Positions 1 through 12,200 of a DNA stretch of 64,000 nucleotides are shown here, piece by piece. The translations under genes were made by a program, and so were the position numbers. The stretch is from Azolla caroliniana (Eukaryota; Plantae; Polypodiophyta). The stretch spans positions 15,810,001-15,874,000 of the forward strand of contig JBHGNT010000017.1 in NCBI GenBank assembly GCA_043228905.1. The letters run 5' to 3'. Below the pieces are notes generated by a model. It did no database searches, was not told the DNA's origin, and saw only the letters and a program-made list of their open reading frames with translations. Within the stretch, counting starts at the first letter, position 1, and the number at the start of each line of letters is the position of its first letter.

Positions 1-239
1 AGGTGGCGGAGAGAAAACAAAGGTCGAAGTCGATGCATACGAAGGAGAGATAGCCGAGAATATGGCTATGGGTGAAACAATGGAGGATGATAATACCGAG
101 GATTCCTGCCCACTAATCCTAGAGACTTCGGCGGTTGTATTCGAGAACCAACGTGAGACCGGAGAGACAGGAGGTGGCGGCAAGAAAGGTAAAGTCGGAA
201 GCCGGTTCGGATGGAAGGTGATCCGGACAGGATTCCGAT

Positions 240-410
240 CCGAAAGAAAGCCGAACCGGGTAAAAGAGGATTCGACCGAAAGCCGACCCGAAAGAAAGCC
301 GAACCGAAAGGAAGAGAATTCGGCCGAAAGACGACACAAACGAAAGCCGAACCGGGCGAATGAGGATTCGGCCGAAAGACGACCCGAAAGAAAGCCGACC
401 CGAAAAGGGG
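240..410 (+). repeat. ~3.5 x 48-bp tandem repeat in the 3' internal region of the element
   Basis: Translates as ERKPNRVKEDSTESRP / ERKPNRKEENSAERRH / KRKPNRANEDSAERRP / ERKPTRK. Confidence 0.8.
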
Positions 411-1085
411 TCGAATCGGTCAAAACCGATTGACCGAGTCTGACTTGGCCGAACGCGAATATGGATGGAAGCCGACCTAGCCGAAAGCCGATCGGACGAG
501 ACCGATCCAGAAAGAAGCTAATCCGACTCAACCGGAGGTTGGACCGGTCGAGGCTGGTGAAAATGAGGAAAAGAAAGCCAACTGAAACCGAAACCGATAG
601 ATCAAAACCGGGGCGGAAGGAGACCAACTCAATCGAAACCGAACAACCGATTCCGATTCGGCCGAATACGAATCCGATCGGAAGCCGATCAAACCGAAAG
701 TCGATCGGACGAGAGCGATCCGGAAAAAAGTCAAGGTTGATGAAGACAAGAAAGAGGCCAGTAAAAGACACTACCACGAATGACAAGGGCCAAGAATATG
801 ACGAGAGAGAACAAAGAATATGGTGGATCGGATGGCGACAATGGTTCGGGTGGAAAGAATGGGTCTACTCAAAATGGAGAGACAAAGTTGACATAGCGGG
901 ACAAACGGAGGATGAAGGGGAGACAACGAGCATCGGCAACTTCGGCACATACCGGAGGATGTGCGGGTTCGGAGGGGGCGAGTGTCGTAGTGTATTTCGT
1001 ACACTACGTGAAAAAGTAAAAATAATATAACCGATTTAATTACATATAAATAAATAAAATAATATATCAAGATATTTATCACGTG

Positions 1086-1150
1086 CATAGGGCAAGATTC
1101 GAACCCTATACCTCCACGTAGCCAAACCTCAACTTTACCATTATACTACC
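1086..1150 (-). promoter_or_regulatory. tRNA-like Pol III internal promoter (A/B box) in LTR U3
   Basis: Minus strand: A box TAGTATAATGG (1148-1138), 32 nt, B box GGTTCGAATCT (1105-1095). Confidence 0.7.
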
Positions 1151-1732
1151 TTATCTTTAGTGTTCTATAAATAGATTTAATAACTATAAGTGCTTTATTT
1201 GCGCCTACCTTTATTAAAAGGTAAATCGTGCATTTTTAGAGTGTGTGAATATTTTATAGAAAAAAACGCAAGCAACTAAAAAGTGACTCGTGCACATCTA
1301 GCGTGCATGAGCACTATATTTAGCAAATAAAAGCAAGGATTAGAAAAGCATCACATGCATATTTAGTGTGCATGAACATATTAGAAAAAAAAGCATGTAG
1401 CTATGCTTAGTCTCTCCCATCACTACATAAGGATGGGGAGCACAATGTAATAGGTGTGTGAAATATTTGGGAAATTGGATATATTTCCTAAAACACCAAT
1501 TAACAAACTATACTCGTGGGATTCACGAGATTTCTATATCTTTCTCTATCAATCTAAATACATATTCTTACATAAATATTAATCAATAAAATACATTATA
1601 CTTGTGGGATTCACAAGTTTCTAATAATCTACTCATAATTATAATAGTCTCAAATTCTTCCTCCTCCTAGTCCAAAACCCCGGTGGTTCCCACCCGACTC
1701 ACGCAAACGATCCGGAGCCGAAAGGCACGACA

Positions 1733-4163
1733 GCGTAAGTCTACAAAACCTATTGTGTGGAATGCTACACTAGACCTTGCATTTAAGGAACTCAAGGACC
1801 TAGTTTGCAAGGCTCCTTCACTTCTTTTACCTGATCCTTCAAAACCTTTTGAGGTTGAAACCGATGCAAGCGATTATGCTATAGGTGTTGTCTTGTATCA
1901 AGATGGTAAACCAATAGCATTCGAGAGTAAGAAACTTGATTCTGCTCAATGTCGGTATACCGTTCAAGAAAAGGAATTATTTGCAGTTATACATGCGCTC
2001 AAAACATGGCGCCATTATCTTTATGGAAATCCCTTTGTGGTAACTACGGACCACGAGTCCTTGAAATATTTTTGTGACCAACAAGACCTGAAAGGTCGTA
2101 AGGCACGATGGGCTGATCTCATCCAGGACTTTGATTTTTCCATACGATATCGTAAAGGTTCCATGAACATTGTCGCTGATGCACTAAGTCGCATCCGTGA
2201 AGTTAACACGCTTAGCTTCACTGAAATATCATCAGATCTTTATGATCACCTTCGAGGAAAGTATCCTGATGACAGTTATTTCGCAAAATACTGGGCTAGA
2301 GTTGAGTCTGGAACAGACACCACCACATCCTTGAAGGAATACTTCCACATTGCTAACGGTTTGCTCTACCGTAATGGGAAGGTTTGTGTTCCAGATTTAC
2401 CCGAGGTCAAAAAGAGGATTCTTTTTGAATGCCATGATGCACCCTCAGCAGGGCACCCTGGAATACATCGTACACTCGTTCTCATCTCCACTCAATTTTA
2501 TTGGCCTAAGATGCGTCCTGACATACATAGCTATGTGACTAAATGTCACCAATGTCAGGTTAACAAAGCCGAGCGACTTAAAGCCGCAGGACTTTTACAT
2601 CCCTTGGACATTCCCAATAATAAGTGGGAAAGTATATCCATGGATTTTATTGTTAGCCTTCCTCGCACCCAAAAAGGTCATGATGCCATCTGGGTTGTCG
2701 TTGATCGACTAACTAAAATGGCCAGATTTATTGCTACTAAAACCACGGTAACAGCTCCTGAATTGGCTTACCAATTTGTTGACGAATTGTTTCGTTTTTA
2801 TGGGTTACCGATGGATATCGTGAGTGATCGAGATCCAAAGTTTACTAGTGACTTCTGGACACAAGTCTTTAAGAAGTTAGAAACTACGTTGAGCATGAGC
2901 TCCACGGATCATCCTCAATCCGATGGACAGACAGAACGAGTAAATCAAATTATTGAGGACATGCTTCGAGCATACGTTGGTGCAAAACCAACAAAATGGG
3001 AACGTTATCTCCCAATTTTGGAGTTTGCTTATAACAGCTCCAAGCATACGTCGACGGGATATAGTCCTTTTATGTTGATGTATGGATTTCAGCCACGAGC
3101 CCCGATTGATGTTAATATACATCATGATGAGTTGCGAAGTACGCAAAACTTTCTTCGGGATATGCAAGATATGTTGCATATTGCACGAGATAATATAAAA
3201 ACAGCTCAAGATAGAGCGCGTTTTTATGCCGATCATCATAGGCAACCTCGTGTATTCAACCCTGGACAGAAGGTATTTTTACGTGTACCTCACAATTCTA
3301 AGACATTGTCTACGGGTAAGTGCGCTAAGTTAGCCCCACGGTTTTGTGGACCTTTTACAGTCCTCAAACGCATTGGGTCATCAGCCTATCGTCTCGCTCT
3401 TCCCGATGGTGTCGGAATTCATCCAGTCTTTCATGTGAGTCGTCTAAAAGAACTCCTAGGTTCTGGCGACAATACAGTTACGACTGAAACTCTGGTTACT
3501 TCTGAAGAATTATCTTCTAAACCACATGTACCAGAAAGAATTCTCGATATTAAAACAAAAAAATTACGTACTAAAGAAATCCGAGAATTCAAAATAAAAT
3601 GGATGGATAAATCAATAAAAGATGCCACATGGGAACGCGAAAATACTCTTAGAACTAACTTCCCTAACTTTCCATTGCAAGAGTGCAATGTTTTAAAGAG
3701 GGGGAGTATGTTACGGGCATGACCATATAATATCCCATGGTAAGAATTTACCGTAGTATTCTATACACGTGGATAAGTGTGAGGGTTAAATGAGAGTGTA
3801 AAGAAGGGGAGGATTACTTTTAATCCTCGGGATTGAGACAACCCATTAGGTCAAGTGTGAACTTGCCTGGGGGCCTTGGGTTTCGCTATAAATAAGAGGC
3901 CTAGCTACCCTCATTTGATCATCTTTTGACTACATCGAGACTCTACTCGTGTGGTGGGTCAACTCTTGTAGCGAGCGCGCCAGCACCAGGTACGACTCGA
4001 CGCCACGGCGGTGGTATGGGACGCCGATCGAGGCTCGAGTTCGTCTCGATCCCTTCGCTCGGGGGTGGTCGGGTGGATCGGCACCCTTCTTTCTCTTTCT
4101 CCTTTCTATCTATCTTTTCATTATCCTTATCTTAAGCTTACGTTAGTACCAAGATCTATAATA
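1733..4163 (+). mobile_element. 3' half of a chromovirus (RNase H-integrase-chromodomain, stop at 3722; 3' LTR 3709-4163), same family as 7123-14149
   Basis: Pol nearly identical to 11709-13698. PPT AAAGAGGGGGAG; LTR TGTTA...TAATA. Inserted in the integrase zinc finger of the next element. Confidence 0.93.
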
Positions 4164-5822
4164 TGTACCAGGACGTGCATGGGTTCGTAACGACTTGTGA
4201 AAGCTGTTAGATGCACTCTGTAGTCCGACATCGGGACGAGCTACAGCCGACTTACCCTCCTGCGGTCCATTTCAAGTGGATGGTGGACTTGGTGACGATG
4301 CCGATGGGAGTAGGACAGATGCGATGCCTGGTGCTCGCGCGGGAAGACTTAACGAACCAGGTGGAAGGCCGTGCATTGCAGAACAAGACAACCGCAGCGG
4401 GATGCTGGTTCCTGATCGAAGAGGTAGTGTGTCGGCACGGGTGCGTCGGGAGGATAGTGGCAGACCGGGGAGAGTTGGATGCGCGAGAAGCCGAGCTGTT
4501 CGACCGGCTAGGGGTCAAACTCTCCCTCACTACGGCGTACAATTCGGAGGCGAACGGGAAGGTAGAACGTGGACACGGGCTGATTGTAAAGGCGTTGGTG
4601 CGTGCATGCGGAGGGCAGGTCTGGAATTGGCCACGGCTCCTTCCTTACGCACTATGGACGGACCGAACTACGCACAGTTCGGTGACAGGGTTTATGCCAG
4701 CAGAGTTGATGTACGGACAGAAGCCGATCATGCCGGTGGAACAGACGGTTTCTTCATGGGCAGCGGTAGATTGGAAGGACGAGATGAGCCGGGAGGAGTT
4801 GGTGGTGGCGCAGATTCAGCAACTCGAGCGGAGGCCGGAGGACATAAAAAGGGATGAGGAAAAGCTGTGGGCGGCAAGGGAGCGGAACAAGACCCGGTTC
4901 AACCAGATGCACCAGTTGCGGCCAAAGAAGATCGAGGAAGGCGACTGGGTCTTGGTGTACGACAGTAGCCTCGACAATCAGCACAAGGCGGTGCGAAAGT
5001 TTGCTAGGAAGTGGTTCGGGCCCTACACGGTGACGAGCGCGAACGACAACGGCACGAGACTCAACGGGACACGGTTAGCGGTGCTGGTGGCCGGGAAGCG
5101 GATCAAAGTGTTTAAGAAGCGGTTCGAAGACGAGCCGAAGCCTGCGGGCAGGAGAGACGATGACGATCAGTTCGGGCCCAACGGAGAATCAGAGAGCGAC
5201 AAGTGAAGCCAGTTTTTTTTTGGTATCTGCCCGTCTCTGGCGCATGCCGGTGGATGCGCGGTTTGGTGGGGGTGGATGTCATGAAGAAAACCGGCCATAG
5301 GCGGAATTAGACAAAAAGGCGCATGAATCGGCTCTCACACGGATGGACGCGTGAATTGATATTTTGATATTGATTCATAAATGGATCGGCTGATGTAAAT
5401 GCTAAGTAGTACACATTTATTAGGGGGATTGTGCGTATCTTTGTTAGAAGGCACAGGGAATAAAGCGATTTGACTAGGGAGAAAGGGCACCCCCTTTTGG
5501 GAACTATTTAAGGAGAGGAGAGAAGGGAGAGAAAATATCGCGCGTTGGCAAGGACGAAGTGCTGCCGGGCTCTCTCTCTCCTCAAATCATCGTTCTCTGC
5601 GGGTGTCGAGAGTTCGTGGCCTCTGCTTCGTGGACAGCCCGTGTGCTTCCAATAGAGTTTCTCTCCTTCCCCTTTCCCCTTTGTTTCTTCGAGTCGTGTG
5701 GTTGTCATCGGTGTGCGTGAGTAGGACCCCATGTCGGGTCCATTACCGGGTTGCCGGTTGTAAGCTATTGACTATAGTAATCAGATTCCTGTTTTCCTTG
5801 CTCTTAATCTCTCTGTGTGTAC

Positions 5823-5865
<43 letters not shown>

Positions 5866-5924
5866 TGGTCCGAGACCCTTGTGGTCCCGCCTCTTTCTAC
5901 ACGCACGCGTGTAACAACGTGACA
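4164..5924 (+). mobile_element. 3' part of a non-chromoviral Gypsy element (integrase 4164-5206, PPT ~5265-5276, 3' LTR 5277-5924)
   Basis: Integrase core (VDLV..., DRGEL, EANGKVERGH) plus GPY motif, homologous to 39320-40363. LTR TGTCA...GTGACA with a (CT)n tract. Confidence 0.9.
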
Positions 5925-6272
5925 ACGCCGTATCGAGTTCCTGTATTATGTTCGTGTTTATATAGGAACTCGATACGGCGTATCGAGTTCCTGTACACAG
6001 TTTGTGTTTTCATGTATATATTATGCTTTTTAAACAGGAACTCGATACGCCGTATCGAGTTCCTGTATTATGTATGTCTTTTACAGAAGAACTCGATACG
6101 CCGTATTGAGTTCCTGTATAAAACACAAACTTTATACAGGAACTCGATACACCATATCGAGTTCCTGTGTAAAGTATGTGTTTGATACATGAACTTGATA
6201 CCCTGCATCGAGTTCATGTATAGACATGAACTATATACAGGAACACGATACGGCGTATCGAGTTCCTGTATA
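5925..6272. repeat. Array of ~6.5 palindromic 31-bp repeats CAGGAACTCGATAC-NNN-GTATCGAGTTCCTG, mostly ~51-bp period; probably DNA-transposon subterminal repeats
   Basis: Copies at ~5925 (half, cut by the LTR), 5963, 6035, 6086, 6137, 6188 and 6238, separated by AT-rich spacers that resemble each other. Confidence 0.9.
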
Positions 6273-7847
6273 AAACACACAATTCAAAGAGGAATATTGT
6301 GTCTTTGGGGCAACAATTTAGTACTGTGTGAAAAAATATCAAATTTTCTGTCAAAATCAAACTTTTTTTATGGAGATTTGCCATATTTTGTAACAAATAG
6401 GGGCCTTAATTATAGAGGTTTTATGACCTAGTATAGCTTAAAATAGTAGAAAATAACCCACAAATTACCTTTACAAAACCAAAATCAAGTCTATCATATG
6501 CAAATTCTCTAGAATATGGATATGGAATCAATATAAGCCATACCTACCCTTCAAGATAGTATATATCCTTGTTTATTTATTAAGATATATATTTTCTAAG
6601 TTAAATAGCCCATACTAGAATGGATTTCTGAATAAAGGACTACCATGTTCACTCAATGCATGATTGATATTTATAGTTTACCACAAATTGCCTGCTAGTT
6701 TTTGTCTTCGTCTAATTATTTGTATTTTAATATACAACCTTAATCTATGTGACCTCCTAACTTATGTTTTCACATGTCCTTTCTTAAATAGGTTGTTTGA
6801 GAACTTGTCAGACCGACCTGTGAAGAAGATAAAGCTCCGCATACAAGGCTCTCCAATTGAAACACAGACCCTAATAGCTCCCGAGAACATGAAGAGAGGA
6901 AAAAAGCTTCTCTTCAACGAGGAGACAAAATCTCAACCACCTAATGAGGTTAGCCAAAAAAAACTATTAGCAGCTATTGGTGGTGAAGACCTTCTTGACC
7001 GCGATCTAACGTACAAGGAATGGTGTATGCAATACTTCGACTCAAAGAAAAAAGTCGTGTTATATACAACAAAGAAGAAGGGCGAGGGGCAGCTTGAAAA
7101 TGAAACCACATTTATGTATGGTTGTTACGGGCATGACCATATAATATCCCGTGGTGAGAATTGTCGTAGTATTCTATACACGTGGATAAGTGTGAGGGTT
7201 AAACAAAGAGTCTAAAGAAGGGGAGGATTACTTTTAATCCTCGGGATTGAGACAACCCATGAGGCCAAGTGTGAACATGGCTGGGGGCCTTGAGAATTAC
7301 TATAAATAAGAGGCCTAGCTACCCTCATTGGGGCATGCATTGACTACGTCGAGACTCTGTCCGTGAGTGGAACGACTCTTGTAGCAAGCGCGCTATCGTC
7401 CAGGTACGACTCGACGCCAAGGCGGTGGTATGGGACGCCGATCGAGGCTCGAGTCCGTCTCGATCCCTTCGCTCGGGGGTGGTCGGGTGGATCGGCACCC
7501 TTCTTTCTCTCTTTTCTCTCTATTCTTTCTAGATCTATCATTGATATATCCTTATTTTATGCTTACTTTAGTACCTAATCTCTAATATTTGGTATCAGAG
7601 CCTATGTACTAACGTTTCTTTTGGTTTTCTTTTTGTCTTCGCGTGGGATGGCGATTGATCGTTGTGCGGTCGCCTTCATGCAGACAAGGATTAGCGAAAG
7701 AACTTCGGTAAATTTTCCTTAATTTTTTATCTAATTTTTCTTCTCCCTTCTATACATGTGTATACTTAATATGTAGTTTTTTTTTCATATATTCAATGAT
7801 GTTGACGTGGTATTTAATTGGTTATCTTAAACGTTTACATATGTCCA

Positions 7848-8095
7848 CGCGGTCAATACCTCGTTTGACATATAAATCATATGTGATGAGTGTCGTATGC
7901 GTACGAGGTTACTACCTCAATTGCGTATTACGTTCACGAACATATGTTACGTTCGCGTACGAGGTCAATACCTCGATTCGTTCGAAATGATATGCGTTGG
8001 ATTTACTATGCGTAAGAGGTCAATACCTCAATTGCGAATTACGCTTAACCTTATTTTCGGATGTTTCGTGTGCGTAGAGGTATATGCCTCGATTA
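7848..8095 (+). repeat. Five degenerate ~56-bp repeats, each with a GAGGT-N4-ACCTC-type hairpin, in the chromovirus 5' leader
   Basis: Hairpin cores at ~7849, 7905, 7961, 8016 and 8077. Confidence 0.7.
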
Positions 8096-9282
8096 CGTAT
8101 CCCGAATACATCATTGTTGGCTATATAAAAAAAACGATTCATTTAGTATACGCATATGTGGTCACTTATATACGTCTCTGATCGTATATATGTGATATAT
8201 TGACATATGTGTATATTTTAGATTATGTGATTCATATCAAATGTTTTCCTAATTGGGGAGAGGATTTTGGTGGCCGTCCTCACATTTTTGTGAGAATGGC
8301 GTTGTCACCATCCCTTTTATCAACAATTTTTATTGTTGAAATTCCCGTTGGTCACTTTGATCTTTCGTTACGTAACGAACCTCGTATAGCCAAAATGATG
8401 TTGAATACGTCGGGCTTGATCCACATCAAGTAGGGTCGCTCTAATGACACACGTATCCAACATCTCCCTTCGTTACATGGATACGATGCCACCATGAGCT
8501 CGTTCTTACGAGAGGCATTCGTAATGACGTGACCATGTGATGGCCCACGTGAGCCTACTACGAAACAAGGGCTCATTTGGCTTGACCATTAGGTTGCCCT
8601 TTGGCATATGCCATCGTAATTACGAGACTTGAGGTTAGGTAACGTACCAACATAGTTTTGGTAAATGAGGGCGAAATAAGGACGCTTGACATATATGTTC
8701 TTTTTAAAAAACGTATATGATCAATTGCCTCGCATATCTCTTATACGCATCAAACATTAAGCATTCGAGAAGAGCAACTTACTTGGTTGACTCAGGTGTT
8801 TAATGTGTTTGTTCTCGAGGTCTCGAGTTCAAATATGACCAACACCATACAACATCGTTGATACATATGACTATAATACATGTTTAGACTTTAGGTCTAA
8901 GTGCACTTCGGGGTCCTCGTAATAGGACTTAAAGAGCCGAAACCACATATGTGGGCACAGAAACATAGTTATTGTTAACATTTTTTTCGTGTATAAACTA
9001 TTCATGACGCGAACATACATGGTTGAGCCTCGGGGAGCCGCCATGAAAAAAATCGATATAGAGATCAGGGAAAGGCATTCATTTGTCACCCCCATGGTTT
9101 TTAAAACACCTCTGTGTTACCATAGTAACCTGATCTTGAACCTCATCTCATACGTCTAGAGGGGTATTGACGTGAGATCATGATATCGATTAATGTTTGC
9201 CCATGATATGTTTACACCACGACAAGATGTTATGACTATTTGTCTGACCTTATCTTATTTCTTTGCCAGAAATAATCATTCA

Positions 9283-12200
9283 ATGGCTCAGAATAACGAC
9301 CCGATGCCCTCCGCTCAAGCGGAAAGACCTCAAGGAAATCCTCCTGGGACAATGTCCATTGAGGCGTATATTTTACAAGTACAACATTTCCTTAGTTCAA
9401 CCGCGCAGCAGTTGACCGAATTTCGGCAATCTCAAAGTGCTCTCGAGGCACGAGTCATTAGTCTCCAAAATGAGATTAATAGACCTGATGAGCGTCAGGG
9501 TGAACCATCATTTGTCGTAAAGCCATTTACGGGAGATAAAAAGGAAAGAACCGAAGAAGCAATCTGCACGTGGCTGGGCCGATGGGAGTCTCATTTTGAG
9601 CTCTATCCCACGCCAGATAGTACGAAGATTGCATATGTCGGCCGAGAACTAGGGGGTAAGGCCGCCGCTTGGTGGCGTGGGCTCCGAACTTTGGGGAGAT
9701 TGCCCGAGACCTGGACAGACTTTGTCACAGTTTTCAAGGGTCAATTTCTACAACCTCCCTCTCGAACCGAGGCAGCACAAGCTTTAATGAACCTCTCTAG
9801 CAGGAAGTTTTCCTCGCTAGAAGACTATGTCCACCATGCTAGAACCCAAATCCAAAAATCGGGTCTAGAAGGGGACAATTGGTTAATAGCTTGTTTTGTC
9901 AATGGCATCCCCAATTCGGACTATCACTGGATAGTGCACGATAAGGATCCAAAATCCTTCGAAGAGGCCGTTGAGATAGTTCTTCGCTATCAACGCACTT
10001 CGAAGAAGGACCATAACAAACCCAACGAAGCGCCCGGGACTAAGCAGTCGCAATTCGTTGGGAAACGCAAGACACCCAACGAATTCATGGATCGCGATTA
10101 AAAGCGACAACATCCTTTTTGCGTATTCTGCAAAAAGAAGGGTCATATAAAAGAGCAATGTCGTAAGCTCCAACGAAAAGAGCACGACGCCAAACCTAAA
10201 GCTACAGACCATAAAGGTCAGATTCCTAATGTCCTTCAGGTCTATACACATCATTTGAGTAATTGTCAATGTTCTTTCCCTCATTATGTATTGGGTCCCA
10301 ATGATTTACTACGTGCAAACGGGTATATCAATGGATCTCCCGTACAATTTTTATTTGATTCGGGAAGCTCACACAATTTTGTGAATGATCGTTTGGTACA
10401 GATATGGGGAATCCAACCCACCGTAAGTGATCACACCTACACGGTGCACTTGGCTGATGGAAGAGTACAACACATCAACGGGGCGATTCATTCTTTAGGA
10501 ATTTCTATTGATACCTATATAGAGGAAGTAGACTTCCATGTAATGAATCTTAGTACCACCGATGTAATACTGGGTTATCCCTGGTTTTATAATAAAAGCT
10601 CTTCTTTATTTTCCATTTCTTTTGTACTCAACGATTGTACGCATTTTATTCAATGTGTAACAAAACAATCCCTCTCGATTGTTTCCTCGTGTCCATCAAT
10701 ATCCGAGTTGTCTTGTTCTACGTTATTTTATTGTGTACTTGATCCGGACATTCACGTTTACAATATCGATAATGTCTCGGGTCAATTAACATATTTTGAA
10801 CAAAAACAACTTGATGAAATCGTAAACGATTTTCATGATGTTTTTCCGAGTGAACTACCCGATGGTTTACCTCCTAAACGTAATATAGACCATCGTATAG
10901 ATATTGTACCAGGCATTGCACCCATTAGTATACCTCCGTATCGCCTAAGTCGATCTGAAGAGGATGAGGTAGCTAAGCAACTTAAGGACTATTTACGAAT
11001 GGGTTATATACGTTATAGTAAATCTCCATGGGGTGCACCAGTTCTCTTGGTTAAAAAGAAAGAGGGCACATGGCGTATGTGTATTAATTACCGACGCTTG
11101 AATAAAGTGACGATCAAGAATTCGTACCCATTGCCCCGAGCTGACGATCTAATTGACCGTCTCCAGGGAGCTCGGTATTTTACGAAACTTGATCTCCGTA
11201 CTGGCTACCATCAAATACGAATAAGTGAGGACGATGTTCCTAAAACAGCATTTCGTACGCGCTACGGCCATTATGAGTTTTTGGTTATGCCTTTTGGTTT
11301 GACCAATGCTCCGGCTACATTTCAACAAGAAATGAATGACATTTTCCGAGAACAACTTCGAAAATTTGTCGTTATCTTCTTAGATGATATTTTAGTTTAT
11401 AGCCGTACATTACAAGAACATGCTAGACATGTCCGCTTTGTTTTACAAATATTGCGTGACAAACAATTTTACGCGAAGATCTCAAAATGTGAGTTCTTCA
11501 AGAAATCAATTACTTATCTTGGACATCTCATAACCGAACGAGGAGTTGAAATTGATCCTTCTCGCATCGAGAAAATCAAGCTTTGGCCCACTCTTCGGAA
11601 TATTCGAGAAGTTCGATCATTCCTTGGTTTTGTCGGATTTTTGCGAAAATCTCTTCGTAGTTACTCACAATTGACGACGCCGTTTACTGATCTTCTAAAA
11701 GGTCAAACGCGTAAGTCTACAAAACCTATTGTGTGGAATGCTACACTAGACCTCGCCTTTAAGGAACTCAAGGACTTGGTATGCAAGGCTCCTTCACTTC
11801 TTTTACCCGATCCTTCAAAACCTTTTGAGGTTGAAACCGACGCAAGCGATTATGCTATAGGTGCTGTCTTGTATCAAGATGGTAAACCAATAGCATTCGA
11901 GAGTAAGAAACTTGATTCTGCTCAATGTCGGTATACCGTTCAAGAAAAGGAATTATTTGCGGTTATACATGCGCTCAAAACATGGCGCCATTATCTTTAT
12001 GGAAATCGCTTTGTGGTAACTACGGACCACGAGTCCTTGAAATATTTTTGTGACCAACAAGACCTGAAAGGTCGTAAGGCACGATGGGCTGATCTCATCC
12101 AGGACTTTGATTTTTCCATACGATATCGTAAAGGTTCCATGAATACTGTCGCTGATGCACTAAGTCGCATCCGTGAAGTTAACATGCTTAGCTTCACTGA

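Larger units (their letters stand above)
1..1732 (+). mobile_element. 3' end of a non-chromoviral Ty3/Gypsy element (Trp-primed group): 3' internal region, PPT (~971-982) and 3' LTR 983-1732
   Basis: GGAGGGGGCGAG PPT followed by TGTCGT...ACGACA. The U5 motif CCCCGGTGGTTCCCACC and the pre-PPT hairpin are shared with the elements at 4164-5924 and 34886-41098. It interrupts a chromovirus pol at ...AAAC/GCGT AAGT (compare the intact copy near 11705). Confidence 0.85.

Noticed and set aside
1683-3722. 679-aa ORF as an independent gene
   Set aside because: Its first ~16 codons come from the inserted LTR; the rest is a truncated chromovirus pol.
5925-6272. CRISPR-like appearance (palindromic repeats with short spacers)
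   Set aside because: Spacers are AT-rich, related to each other and mostly only ~20 bp; there are no cas genes; the context is eukaryotic (introns, LTR elements).
7420-7460. B-box-like GGCTCGAGTCC in the young chromovirus LTR
   Set aside because: Mismatch in the GTTC core and no correctly spaced A box.
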